Below the pieces are notes generated by a model, which saw nothing but the letters and a program-made list of their open reading frames with translations, made no database searches and was not told the origin of the DNA. A DNA stretch of 64,000 nt from the NCBI GenBank assembly GCA_905178155.1, contig CAJINV010000004.1, positions 5,477,711 to 5,541,710 of the forward strand, in the 5' to 3' direction. Origin of the DNA: Amoebophrya sp. A120 (lineage: Eukaryota; Protista; Dinoflagellata). Positions within the stretch are counted from its first letter, which is position 1. Every line of letters starts with the position of its first letter. A program made the translations under genes and the position numbers. Shown one piece after another: positions 35,791 through 49,009 of this stretch.

Positions 35791-36356
35791 GTTTGGCAGG
35801 TCGGCAAGTTTGTGAAAGCGCCTCAAGCTGCTCTTCCGCGATTTCTTAATTATGATCGAGCTGTAGGACGAGGCTTTGAGTTAATTTGAGCAGCGGCTCC
35901 TGTTCATGCGATGAAGCTTCAGATTTGCAGTGTCCCTCCGATCCTCGCATTGTTGGAAAGGCTTTCTGAGTCTCAGACGAACGAAAAAGCGCGTACAAAC
36001 TATCGAACTTGCGCGATTTTTGTCCCTCGAAGTCGTTCGGAGAAGTTTTCCGGCGAAGAGGGGGGGGCTTTTGCGAGTCATGAATCACACCTTATGTCGT
36101 TTGATAACTTTATGGCCCCACTGCATCCTGCAAACGACCTGTGCTGACTTCATCCCTCCGGGCCTGTGTCGACCGATCGGAAAGAGCAGCAGAAGCAGTG
36201 TTTATTGCACTTACCTCACATAATCTTATTTCCTTCACTTCACCTTTACGCGGACTAACACCTTCGCTACTTGCATACTGCAATTATTGCATCACCACCT
36301 TTTTGAAGCGGCAGCATCTATCTGTTCCAGGCGATCTATCTGAATATAGAAAAAGA

Positions 36357-38678
36357 ATGTCCGCCCCAGTTCCACAAAGAAACGCGGCTTTTGCCTTCAC
36401 AGCCGCGTGCTGTTTTCTCAGCAGCACCGCGGTCGTCCTTGGCGGCAAAGTTGGCAGGACAGCAAGCGGGCCGACACCGCGCACGATCCGAAACCCGCGC
36501 TTGACGAAGGATGTTGCAACTACATCGCGGAGCACAGGAGGAGCGGCCTCTTCAGGCTCTACTGCAGTAGATCACGAGCAAGAACACCCTCTTCAGAGCA
36601 ATGTCGCACCCGCCGGGCGTCGTCGCACGCAGCCCCACCAGCAGCACAAGCCGAAAAGTGCAGCAGTCTATGCGAGTTCCACCGCTGCGTCGGCGATGGC
36701 CGCAGCGGTAGAGGAGGAGAACCTTGCAGTTGGCAATTACAGCCTTAACATTATCCCTGCTTCCGCCAATTATGCTGCCACGAACGACGTCGGCGCTCCC
36801 TCGTCGGACAGCAGCGCCGCCGCAGTTCAGACGCCGCCCCAAGTAGGAGGACCGCTGCGAGGAGGAGGACGCGCGGCGAGCAACAAATGGCCTGTTGACC
36901 TACAACCTTTACCAACTACTGGAGGACAACCCGAGGACCCCGCAATGCAGATTCCGCTACAGGCACACCAACTGCCACAGCTCCTCGTCGCGCAAGATAC
37001 TTCTAAACCGACGTCGGTGCACCAGCTGGACCCTCACCGGGTCGCGGCTGGACACCAAGAACACTCCTCGCCGCAGCAACACGCCTCCGCGCTGCCGGTT
37101 GTTACGAACGACCTGCGAAACATGCGCCGGTTTTTACCAGCGCATGCGCAAACGAAACAGCAGGAGGAGCGCAAGGACCTCTCTGGCATGATGCAAGAGC
37201 TGGCGGAGCGGAGCCAGGCTTGGCTGAAGAACCCTGAAGCAAACAACTACTTCGATTATGTGCCGGTGGACGAGAGTCAACATGATGCAAAAAAATGGTA
37301 CCATGAGATGACTCTGGAGTATGAGCTGTCTGAGCCCACATCTTATGGATTGTAAAAGTGTCTGGGTCTGAGAGGTTGGAACTTGTAATGCTAGCTTTCC
37401 ATACCTAGAAAATCTGTATTGCATAACCAACAAAAGTCGCAGACCCTTTTGTACATGCAAAGACGCAGCTTCTCATGCGGATTTCCTATGAGAAAGCGTT
37501 CTGGAAAGTTGTCATGCTGGGTTGCATTCGGAACTGTTTCCATCATCCACCTTTTAGCATCACAAGTTTCCAGACCCAGACATTTTTGCAATGCATACAT
37601 CTTCCTTGCCAGACGAGGCTTTGGAACTGCCCCCGGCCGCCGATATCAAATGCAAAAATGTCTGGGTCTGGAAAAGTGTAGGCTTGTCATGCAGATTTTC
37701 CACTACCCTTGAGGTCTGGAATGCGGGACTTGGCATGACAGACTCTGCGAGGTCTCTGCCATGCCTATCCTGCATGAGAAACTCCCTTTCAACTTGGTCA
37801 AAAGTGTACAGCTTTTGGCACTCATGCAACACAGATTTTTGCATGATTCAGATTTACCATGACAAGTTGCAATCTTCCAGACCCAGACATTTTTGCATTT
37901 CATAGCCGAAACCCCACTACAACAGCAGCAGAAAAATCAAAACCAGAAGTCGCCCTCGTTTATGCCCTCGGATATGCGGTTTGACGAGCGTGGCCTCGAA
38001 CCGCAGCTGGTGAACGCCCTGAGCCAGGCTTTGTCGCCGCAACACACGCCGTATCACTGTGCACAACTTCCCCTCTTCCTCATTTGTCATGCAAAAGCCC
38101 AAATCCAAATGCTTCCCTGCGGCACTGTGTGCATGACAGATTTTTCCGGAAGCCCAAACAGTACTACACTAGGCGCATAAACTTGTCATGCACAGGCTCC
38201 ACGTGTGCTGGTGTGTGTATTGCTGTTCATGCAATACAAATGAGGGGGAGGGGGGGTTGTGCACTCTCATACGCCGATGAGTCTTGGCGGGATCAGCAGG
38301 ACCAGTCCGGCGGCCTCCAAATATGCGAGTCCGGCGCAGGGACCAGTGATGTTCTGGCCCGGCGCGGGTGGTGGATTTCAGATTTCCTCGAAACATTCCA
38401 GTCCGGCGCAACGGCCAGCCCACCTGAATACTCCGCCGCCGCCGGGGCTGCCGCCTCCGTCGCTCCGGAGTCGATTCCCCTTGTCAACGGGGTCGCCGCA
38501 ATCGACAAACGCGTCACCGGCACAAGAGTTGGCTTTTGGGGGTGGATTGGAGGACAAGGAGGAGCTCGAGTTGCTGCAGGCTTTCTCGCTGGGGGGCGCG
38601 TTTTCTCGGGCCACCAGTCAAGAGGCAGACGAAAGTGCGGAACAACCAGAACGCCAAGTCGGTGCGTATGCATTGTGA
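36357..38678 (+). CDS. Hypothetical low-complexity protein with hydrophobic N-terminus; three introners
   Basis: Removing 37344-37597, 37644-37904 and 38052-38271, each with one TSD, gives one frame to TGA at 38678. Confidence 0.75.
37344..37597. mobile_element. Introner family A (variant)
   Basis: tatggattgtaaaagtgtctgggtctg...cagacccagacatttttgcaatgcata; TSD catct. Confidence 0.92.
37644..37904. mobile_element. Introner family A1
   Basis: A-type TIR; TSD gccga. Confidence 0.93.
38052..38271. mobile_element. Introner family D
   Basis: tatcactgtgcacaac...gttgtgcactctcata; TSD cgccg. Confidence 0.92.
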
Positions 38679-38763
38679 GAGTAGTTGTATATCGAAATGG
38701 CATTTTTGCAAGTGCGGTGATGCTTATGCAGGTTATCATGCCTTAAATTTTGGCAAATAAAAA

Positions 38764-41700
38764 ATGGCGACTTGTAAAGGAAAAATATACAACTTGTTGT
38801 CAAGTAGAACGAAGTACCAGTACGAGTGCGATTATACAACTTGTTTTGCAATGCATAGTGCAGATGTTGATCAGATGTCAATTGGCGTGCCGTCTAGTAT
38901 GCAACAACACCCTGCGTGGACGACCACGACGGGGCGAGATTTGAAAACTACTTCGGGTTTTAGCAGCTTGTGCCGCGGTGCCTCCGGTAGCTTTGACTCC
39001 ACCGTCCGCTCGCCTAGTGCCGCCACGGCCAGCACTCTGACGCCCGTGCCTTCGCTGCCAAAGGTGGCGTCCTGGTGCACCACCACCAGCGACGGAGCAA
39101 CGGATCAGATGTTTGCAGCATCGAGCACCAGAACTCCTGTTGGCAAGGGGAATGCCGTGCCGCACAGCCAGCGCTCCTCGCCGAAGCAGAAGCCCGCTGC
39201 TTCTAGCGGCAAAACCGCCGGGGCCTGGGGGGCGGCCTATAGTTCTACTGCTTCGTCGCAGAGTGGTCCCGTCATGACAGGATCTTCCGACACTACAATT
39301 ACACCGAAGGCGCCTGCTCCGCAGTACCAGCCGTCCGCGGCTGCGCCATCCTCCAGAGCAGGGGCCGACGGGCTACCGGGGCGAAATGACGGCTGGGAAA
39401 ACATGCACTCCAAAACGCGCATTTGTAGCTTTTGGATGAAGGGGCTGTGTTCGCGGGGCTCTGCTTGCGGGTTTGCGCATGGTCGGGCGCAACTGCGACA
39501 GCAACCGGACCTCTACAAAACCAAGCGCTGCGCGTACTTTTGTTTTATAATTTGCAGCGGAGGAGGAACATATGAAAAGCACAACTTCTAATATCGTACT
39601 CATCAACCAAAGCCTACGCCTAAATGTTGGTTTATGAAACGCAATAGCGAATCCAATTTTTACGGTCGTAAAAAGTGAACCAATATTACAAGACTCGCTA
39701 CATGGTTTCGGTTTGTAAAAGACAACGGAACGCAGGAATGTTGCCTAGTGATATTATTTTACTGGCAAAAAACAACAGGACTTTCGACCGATATGGCCAC
39801 TGCCAGGCTGGAGAAAATTGTAGATTTGCTCACGGTGGTGACGAGCTGCGACGTATAGCTCCAAAAATTTTTCTTGGGTTCTTTATTTTTTTTTTCCCCA
39901 CAGCACCGCTCTAGCGACTGCGACGAGACCATGGAAAAACATAGTTGCTTGTGGAAGAAAAAAAAAATACTAGCGTAGAATAGAAGCTGCAAACCACGAC
40001 CGCTAGGATGAGCTCGTGAACAACCACTCAATCAATTTTCCAACGCAATAATTATGATATACAACTCACAAATCAAATCAAAATCTACAATTTAGGACCC
40101 TCCTTTCCGGGTGAAACATTTCCCCACCCGCCCGCTTCGGAGCCCGACCTGGATACCGGCTATAACACGCTTGCCAGCCCCGGCGCCAGTCCTCCGTTCA
40201 CGTTCTCGGGCACAGGACCGGCCCCCTCGCATAGAAGTGCCGCGTCGTTTTATTTATGGATTGCAAATTATATTTCTGGGTCTGGAAGATTGCGAGATTT
40301 GTCATGCTTGTCTGGCATGACAAAAAAGTTTGTGATGCGTGTCCAAGAAGAGACCCTTTTGCCTGTCATGCAAAAACGCAGTTTCTCATGCGAGGAAAAA
40401 AATAACACAAAGAAGCGCAGATATTTCTCATGCTTGGCTGTGCATTACAGAGCATTCGCTATTCCCAACACAGCATTACAAGTTTCCAGACCCAGACATT
40501 TTTGCAGTTGATATTATTCGCAGCAAGACCACCACCCGCGAGGCTTGGGGATGCGCCGCAACGCGCAGTCCGCGCCGAGCGCTTTGCACACTTGGGACGG
40601 CGGCCAAATGGGGGTCATGAACGTTATGTCACAGCAGAATTTGCAATTGCCAGCTGGTGGAGTTGTACCAGCAGCAGCATCCTCCGGGATCGGCTCCGCA
40701 GCGCAGTACAACACCCTCCAGCCGCTCTCCGGCGCGTCTAGAAGTCTTTCTCAGGATTTGCCGACTTTGCAGCACTATGTGGAACAAGCCGCGGGCAGTG
40801 CAAATAACGGTGGGGCTGCTGCTGCTACTGGTGCTGCTCCCGCGCACTCTTATCCTCGGCGCCGTTCGAATACCCTTCCGTCCTCGCCCAGCCTGATTCC
40901 GTCCTTGGTTAAAAGCCCGGCAACTCCTCTTGGACTCCCGGTTGGGGCCGCTCCTGCGTGGGAACAACTACAACCGGCATTTTGCTGTTCTTCATCTTTC
41001 AGGGCCGCGCACGCCAAGCAGACCGAACTGCACCTTCTCGAGAAGCATCAGCGTGTTCTCGACTGCATTCAGAATTTGGAGATGCTGCAGAAACAGTTGC
41101 TCGATCAGGAATCGGCCGCGCGCGGCGAAGCCGGAGTTGCACCGCCTTCCACAGCAGGATCTTCGCACCTTCAAGGAGATCCGCCTCAGCTGCCCAATCC
41201 ATTGAGCAAGCCGCATCTGCTGCGTCGGGCGAGCATGTCCGCGCCGCACGGGCTGTGCACACTGGCCGAGGTATCGCAAGAAAAAAGTGTTACAGTTACA
41301 CATTGTGTTGCAGGCCAAGCAAGACAGACCAGCTCTGTCATGTCGGATATGCATAGGAGCTTCGTTTCATAGGCGTTTTCCCTTAGGATTTCTGCATTGC
41401 AAGTTTTCTCTCTAATCCAGAGAAATTTGTGTTGCTAAATTGACAACAAATGTGTAACACTTTTTTCGTGGGATACGAGGAAGTTGAGCCTTTCGTCGAG
41501 CAGCAGGAGCAGCACCCCTTATCCCCGGCCCTGACATCGGCACTGGCACAGTGCGCACAGCGAGCAGCGATTAGCGGCTCGCTACCCAACCAGCCACTGA
41601 AAGTGGTCACGTCTGACGGGGATCTGCAGCGGTACCAAGTAGAGGATCCCGAGTATGGTACAGAAAAAAGCTAGCAGAGGTTGCATATTTTTTGTAAAAA

Positions 41701-43179
41701 GTAGTACCCAAAAATAGTTAGGTAGGTACATAATTTGTTGTTGCCTCAGTAGTTGGTTTTGCACTAGTACATCGAATGTGCTGCCCTCCTGCTAGTTTTT
41801 TTCTCTGGGACACGGAGCTGGAGCAGCTGCGGGCGGGTCTGAGAATGCTGCAGGTCAATAAAACGACGTCGACCACAAGCAGCAGTTCGTGGGAGGGGCG
41901 ACAGCCGCAACAGGAGGCACAACAGCAGCGCCAAGTTGCTCCGCACAGCGATGTTGTTGCACCAGGAGCCGGCACAACGACAACGACTCCAGTCGTGCAA
42001 CATGAAAATACACGACAGCCCGCCCACCTGTCTCGCAGCGCGTCAAGCGGATCGCTTTTACAGCAGAAGAGCATGCGGCTCGACGTTGCACCCGAAGCGG
42101 GGGAGCCCCGCCCACGCGCGCGGACGCACGATCACTTAGGTCCCATGTTGCACGACTACAGGGACTATGCAGGAGACTCAGGAACAGCAAGCACAGGGAC
42201 GACTACAACAGCACGGGACAACGAGCATATATCAAGCACGCCTGGAGTTGCACAACAAGATCCACATCAGAGTCGCTTCTCCGACTTTTCCCTGAGCGAA
42301 TCCCTCTCCAACGTGCTGAGTGACCTAGGATGCGGCACGGCGGGCGGTCGGGCCGCAAAGTTGGGAGGAGGAGGACCTTGGGCGTCGCTGGGTGGAGCAG
42401 ATGGTGCTAGTGGTATTTTGTCCGCAGCATCTCCTTGTTCCGACATCGCGAATCACATGAGCATGCTGTGCGGCTTCCAACCGCGGAAAGCACCGCAGCC
42501 CTTCGTGGGCGTCGATCCCGACGGAATCAGGAAGGGGGTAAGAGTATTATACAGAAGGATTGACTTGACAATAGTTATGAAGATTGTTTGATTATTTTGC
42601 GAGATTTTTACTACTCGTCATCTTCTCCATGGAGAACACAAACAAACAATCTTTGTGTGGTCGTCCTACGCACGAGATGACAATCGCATTTGAAAACATA
42701 ATGAGTCAACATTTTTCATCCCAGCCTGTGCACAAGAACGCGCACCCGATCTACATCGTCCCGCGAGAGGGGCTCGTCGAAGAGGCCAAGAAGATCGAGT
42801 ATCAAACTGAAAAATGCCCCACCCACGAACTTGGCAGCATTTGTGTTGCAAACCTTTCGAATAGAAACATTCCCCGTCTTGCATATATCAGCATCACAAA
42901 TTTTCCATGCTGCATACCTAAAATTTGTATTGCAAAGAGCCCAGCTTCAGTCGGATCTCTTATGCAAAAGATACCTTGATCGCCTAGATTCTGCATCAGA
43001 AAGAATCGTAGTCCTTCCATGCAAGACAAAAACTTTTCTTTCGGAAAGTTTGCATCAGAAACTTCTGCAAGTTCTGGGGTGGGGGCATTTTTCGTTGTAA
43101 TATCCAGCAGGAGATGTTTAAGGAACTCAAGGAGCAGGGGATGTTGAAGCTCCCCGAAGCCGCACCTCCAACTCCGTAG
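38764..43179 (+). CDS. Tandem CCCH zinc-finger RNA-binding protein (TTP/ZFP36-like fingers)
   Basis: KTRICSFWMKGLCSRGSACGFAHG and YKTKRCAYF|DRYGHCQAGENCRFAHG, the second finger split by an intron at ~39.54-39.78 kb. Later exons run to TAG 43177-43179. Start and several junctions are uncertain. Confidence 0.78.
40255..40513. mobile_element. Introner family A2
   Basis: A-type TIR; TSD ttatt; interior nearly identical to the 23909 element. Confidence 0.92.
41272..41475. mobile_element. Introner family G
   Basis: tatcgcaagaaaaaagtgttaca...tgtaacacttttttcgtgggata; TSD cgagg. Confidence 0.88.
42800..43102. mobile_element. Introner family E
   Basis: tatcaaactgaaaaatgcccc...ggggcatttttcgttgtaata; TSD tcgag/tccag; homologous to the 26961 element. 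Confidence 0.9.
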
Positions 43180-45552
43180 CAATAGTATCTATTTTTCAGA
43201 CTCACTAAGGATTACACGCAAGAAATATATCGCAATCTTGAACGCAAAGAAAAGCGCAAGTTGCAGCGAATCGCGGCCGACGCAGGACCGATTCGAGGAG
43301 CTTGGCGTGAAAGAAATGAGGCCATAAACGAAATCCGTGAACTTATCGATAGTCAGCCCGAGTATGCTCATCTCAAAGAGCAACAGCGCCAGCGAATCGC
43401 CCAGGATTTGTTTAGTCAGGCTCAGATCGATCCCGAGGGGCCGATCGAGCAGGATGAAGAACTTAGCAACTTAGTTTATCCCTTTCTGTGTCCAGACTGG
43501 GAAAAGCATGAAGTAGCTTTTTGCTTCAAGGCTACCATCGCGTCAGCTTCTGTGAAAGATTCGGAAGTTGATAATCAGCCCGACTGGGTTGCAGCGATCG
43601 GTAAAGAAGTGCAAGCGCACTCGCACGTATTCCGAGCCGCCACCAGTGAAGAAATTCAAAACTGGATGGCTGAAGGCAATAGATTTATTCCTTGCCGCAT
43701 GATTCTCAGCGTGAAACGCGACCAGAGAAAGAAATGCCGGATCGTGTGCCTGGGTTACATGGGCTATGTTTCCAGCCACGAAGGAAAATTTGCAGAAGTG
43801 CCGGACCTATGCATTTTGCGTCTGCTTGTCGCAATCTGCTGCCAGAATCCGAATATCTGCATGCTGCCCGCGGATGCCCGCAATGCATTTTTGCAGTCGC
43901 GTTGCCCTGCTTTTGTTTTAGTAGCGTTAGACGAACGATTGCAGAAACAGCTCGGATATAAGTACGCCGTTGTTTTGTATGCCCTCAATGGCTTGCGCCT
44001 CTCGCCCGTTGCTTGGTCGAGACATCGCGACGAAAAGTTGCTGGAAGTAGGATGGGCTCGCAACCCATGCGAGCCAACGCTTTGGCATAAGCAGGATGTA
44101 ATCTTAATTGTCTTCGTTGACAATTTTTGGTTCTTCGGCCCGCGCGCCTCCTGTGAAAAAGCCAGGCAAGACCTAGAAGTGCCTCTTCGTCTGTTTCTTG
44201 AAGAAGTTAAAGAAACAGCTACGCGCCGTATCTATGACTTGCTCAGTATTGCGCTGCTGCAGGACAAAAATACTGGCGATATTACTTTATCCCAGGATGC
44301 GTACGTGACTAAGGCTTTAGAGCGGTTCGGCGGGAATATAAATGGGAAGCCAGCACTGAGCCCCATGTCAACCGCTCCAAACCCTTCGAACGAAGAGAAG
44401 CCCGCACTTTTAAAGTTAAAGCAGGAATACTGTGGCACTTTGAACTACCTTGCCACTAGCACGCGCCTTGACATCGTAGTAGCATTGAAATTCTGTGCAA
44501 AAGCAAAAGCGAACGAAGAAACGCTGACCGCGTTGAAGCGTATCTTTCGTTACTTGCGTACGCGCCGAGTTCTTGTCTACAGGAACAAGCAAGAAATCTT
44601 GAAAGGCAAGCTCACTCTAAGCGGTCTTTTGCTCCCTGTGTACTTTGAATCTGCCTCCAACAAGTCAAACGGATTGACAAAAGTTTGCGTTGGAGTAGAG
44701 CACACAGCATTTTGCCGCATGAATGGAATCACTGAAATGCAGTAAAAAACAACTATACTTTCAGGAACGTCGTAGCGGAAAACTGGATTTGAAGAATCTA
44801 ACTCCGATGGAGTTCCGGTCTGACGAAGACGGAACGCCGGAAAATTAAATTCCAAAACCCGAAGAGGAGAATGCACACCATCAAAAATTGGGTGATGTAG
44901 CTCCACGGGTATCAAGACCGTAAAAGCACGAGGAGAGCGGTGGATGTAGAGTCGATACGATTTGAACTGTAATCGTCTACCCTTATCTAGCATGCCACCG
45001 GGCTTCACTCGTAGCAACAAGTTCTTTCTTCTAAAAGTACACTGTCGATACACATTCTAGTACTATAATTTTGAAGAAAAGAAATCAATTGTAGATACAC
45101 GAAAAAAGAGTTTATCGCTCTGTTTCCATTTTCTGAAGGACATTCTATTGGACTAGGAGCCGGGGAGGTTATTGCGCGGTAATCGCCTAGTGCTCCAAGA
45201 TCCAATGTGAATGATCCAAGTATACGATGACACAGGATGGAAATCAGATGAGTGATCATGTGCATAAGATTACACCTAATCGTATGATGCACACAGAGAC
45301 AGTATAAGAAACTGTATGAGAAACTAAGTGGTTTGTAATGCATGTGATGCAACACAACCCTACAGAGACCAGCCTTAATGGCTAAAGAATAAGAAAATAA
45401 ATTTCCGTGACACACAAGCAAAGCTACCCACACAAGGTACCAAATAGGCATTACAGATTGTTCTACTTGGATCGTTTCTTGTTTGGGTCTTGGTCTTCGC
45501 ACGTTCACACTCCCCGAAGCCACACCTCCAACTCCGTAGCAATAGTATCTAT
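43150..45552. repeat. 43-bp direct repeat (43150-43192 and 45510-45552) bracketing the copia-containing insert
   Basis: ctccccgaagcc(g/a)cacctccaactccgtagcaatagtatctat, one mismatch. Confidence 0.95.
43261..44745 (+). pseudogene. Ty1/copia reverse transcriptase fragment (no gag, integrase, RNase H or LTRs seen)
   Basis: KCRIVCLGY, DARNAFLQ, ALNGLRLSPVAW, FVDN in place of YVDD, LSQDAY, TRLDI, LKRIFRYL. Confidence 0.88.
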
Positions 45553-45871
45553 CCGTTGCAAATACAAGTCTGGGTCGGCGTTGATGCAAACTTGTGATGC
45601 GAGCTCTGCGAAGATTGTCGTAAAAATTTGTCTTGCACGAACAGCGGAATTATATGTGCGTCGATTGGTTGTCAATCTCAATCTGAGAATTATGGACGAT
45701 TTCGCATGCGGAATCGGGATGTTGGGAGAGCACCGTCATGCGCGATGCCTGTGATCATGTTCATGCCAGGTTCTCCTGCATTCCTGACCTCTTGGAGCAT
45801 GAACAAGCTGAATGACAAAAAACTCTGCAGTATTTTTCCAGACCTAGACTTATTTGCATTTTTATTTTATA
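45550..45871. mobile_element. Degenerate family A introner, probably in the 3' UTR
   Basis: tatccgttgcaaatacaagtctgggtc...ccagacctagacttatttgcattt; A1-like interior; ends approximate. Confidence 0.7.
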
Positions 45872-48800
45872 GTAAGCCACGCCTCCTCACGCCTTGGTTT
45901 TGTTCGTGTGCAGTTCCACCATAAAAGTGCAATGCCATGAGCGAACGTCTTGAATGCTACATAGCATGCCGATAATTCTATATATGATACTTTGTATTTC
46001 TCCCCAACGGGATCTGTATGTAAAAGCAACATTTTATATTTTCAACCTTTCCGCTACGCAAAAATAAGGATCGACTACTGATGCACTCTTTTTGAAAAAT
46101 GAAACACGACCAGCACCAAGTGCATCATCTCCCGTGAAGACCAGCTTGAATGAAAAACTTCCGCACATGTTGCTTTTTGCAATGTAGTTTTGCACACGTC
46201 GATACTGAATAACAACAGATCTATGCAACAAACAGTCTTGTAACTATCCTTCTTTTATTTTCCCGTGCAACCAAAATTGTTTGACACCACGAAAGAGTGG
46301 CTAAGAGTGGTTCCGAAAAGTCGGAAACTACGAAAAAAAACAAAATTGCAACTTCTTTTGACTTCTATCTGTAATCACACCTTCTACTTAATGATGATGA
46401 TCTGTATTTGTATGTGGTATTGGCGGGCCTGATTAAAAAGCGTTACAACAGAAGCTATTTTCTTGTCTTTTTAATTACTTGACGGCATTCCTATCATGCT
46501 GTCATGACCACCTTCCCAGCGGCGCCGGCGAAGCTCGACTTAGAGTTTTCGTAGCGGTTCATGTCCGTTGGAAAGACCCAGCCAAAAAAAAGTGGGGCGA
46601 AAACGAAACCGCGCGTGAGTAGAAGTTTTTGCTTGTAAGAACTACAAGGTGTGCTCTTTTTACGAGTATGTTTAAGGCGGTTCCATTTTCCTTGTTCTGC
46701 TTCGGCAACGACAAAACAAGCGAGCTACTTCTGCGAGTACTCAAGAAAGCCTTTTGAGGACTTGGTAACTAGACTGAGGTGCCGCCCATGCTGTTTGGTC
46801 TGATGGGTGTTTACGCGCGTAAGCGGTCTCGACGAATTGGTTGGACATACTGTGTGGCTCAGCCGCACTCGTTGTCGTGTCGGTTTCGACCCTCACGCGG
46901 CGACAGCTGCCTGTCTGGCAACCTGTCACCGCCTCTTCGTGGCCTTCGCCACCGGTCGTTTGTGCTCGACCCTGCCTCCTTTCGCTGTGCGACTGGGGGT
47001 GGGTCTCGGGTACAAAACGACCGTCCCACCTCGGGGGAGAGGTCAACTTCTCTTGTCCTGGATGACAAAGTTACCACCTCTTGGTACACCATCGGTTCAT
47101 CTGCGATGAATCTGTGCCCGTCGGCACTGTGGCTGCGTCTTCGCGCCACGCTGCACCTCACGCAGCGCTGCACCTCACGCAGCACCGTCGCGTCGATGCG
47201 ACTTTGTGTCCCTCACGACACGCGTCTGTGGTGCGCGAGCACCCCTTCGCACCCAGTGCTGCCTCTGCAGCACGCGTTCTTACGCTGCCAGCTTCCCCGA
47301 GGGGAACCGAGCAACGTGCGGTTGGACACCGCAAGGCGTGTGTGTTATGCTCCACCGGTGTACAGGCTAGAAGACCTGTGCACGCGTCGGTGTCGGCACT
47401 CACACTTCATGCCTAGGGGGCGCTGCTCTGGCAGCTGCCGCGCCCCCGCCGCCTTGCACTTCCCCGTCTGGTCCAGATAGGGTTGTGTAAGTGCATAGGC
47501 CCGTGCGTCGTGCGACCTCGTAGGTGAGGGTCGGGCGCATGGGCCTCCCGCCCGCACATCCAAGTGCGGCGCGGGTGGCGTCGTGGGTCCAGCGCACCGC
47601 TCGTGCGCCTGCGATCCTGACGTCCTCCCGGGGGGCGCGCGTAGCGCTCCCCGTCCACCTCTCGTGCCACCCGTGGCACCGGCGTGTCCCTCCACTGTGA
47701 TGTGGGACGACACGCCGTCCTTCCCCCCTGCACTGCACGGTCGGGCAGCGGCGGCAACGCCTTGTTGCACTCGCACGACCCGCCCGTCCTGCCCTGCGCG
47801 ACCTGCGCGTCACGCAGGCGTGCTCGCGTGGTTGCACAACCGTGTGCACACGCTCTCGACCCTGCCTCGCACGCATGCCAGCGGGCATGCGCGCGATCGC
47901 CGGCCTGCGCGCGCACGTTGGCGCACATGCGTGTGCCAGTGCGCACGGCTCGGCACAGAGGCAGCTTCACTTGTTGGCGCGCGCACACGGTCGTGCCCGC
48001 CAGCATGAGTGCAGTTGTACGTGCGGGCTCCTGCGCCCGCACGGCCAGCTCACAGTACCGCACGCGCAGATCCCACCTGCACGTCCGCGTGCGAAGGCCT
48101 GTGTGCCTTTGCACGCGGTAAATCGAACCTGCCCCCTGGGGGTGCCGTGTGTGCACACATGCAGGTCACGGCGGCGGTGACGCCGTGTTGCAGCGAGCGG
48201 TGTCCCCCCTGGCACCACACGCCGCTCTCCCGCACTACAACGCAGTGACGGCTCGCCTGGAGCTGTGTTGCAGTGCCGCCCTGTATGGGCTGCCGGTTGT
48301 CGTTGGCTGCGAGCCACGACAATCGGCTCTCGCCCTGCTGGTGCCGTGCAAGGCACCAGCAGGCGGTGTTTCCCCTTGTTGCATAAGCAGGACAACACCA
48401 CCGACATGGACGTGACTGGCATCGTCGCATCACGCGCTGACGACCCTCGCGAACGACCTGCACCCGCCCACCGTGGACAGCGGACAGGTACAGTACTACG
48501 CTATTAGTTAATCATGCAGCAGGACGTGTTTCTTGAGTTAGCACACTAAGCCCGACGCATAAACCACAGCACAATCATCAGGTGACACCCGCTACCGCCA
48601 CTCGCCCGTGACCATCATCGACATGCACGCAGCCACGAACGAGATTTGCAGTCAAGACACCTTGTGTAAATCGCTCCCGAACTCACTTTGTACAGCAGCA
48701 CAGGAACTTATGCGCACTAGCTTACATCTGCCGCTTCAGCTAAGCACTCGCCTCAAGGTGTGCAGGATCTTGCAAGAGGAAAAGCTTGATGTTCGCTCTT

Positions 48801-49009
48801 CCGTTTTTCGCACTGAGATCACGATCACTTTTTTGACTTTTTGTTTGCTTTGCGCACCAGAAAGATCGCGATCTGTTCCATGCTACCACCAAGAGCACGT
48901 CGCGTGCCCGCGGTTTGGATCTCGCAGTGCAGCGTGCGCTGACAGCGATCACCCTGTCCGATGTTCTTCTACATTGTTAGCAGGATCGCCCCCTCTTTAG
49001 CATCAGAAA

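Noticed and set aside
10457-40620. Recurring short ORFs such as KCKNVWVWK and MQDRHDR
   Set aside because: They are translations of introner TIRs and interiors, not genes.
46779-48507. Many overlapping ORFs in the element leader
   Set aside because: GC-driven, Arg/Ala/Cys/His-rich in all frames, with no dominant frame.
48520-48590. Hammerhead-like CTGATGA...GAAA...GTC on the minus strand
   Set aside because: Stem I cannot form and stem II is weak.
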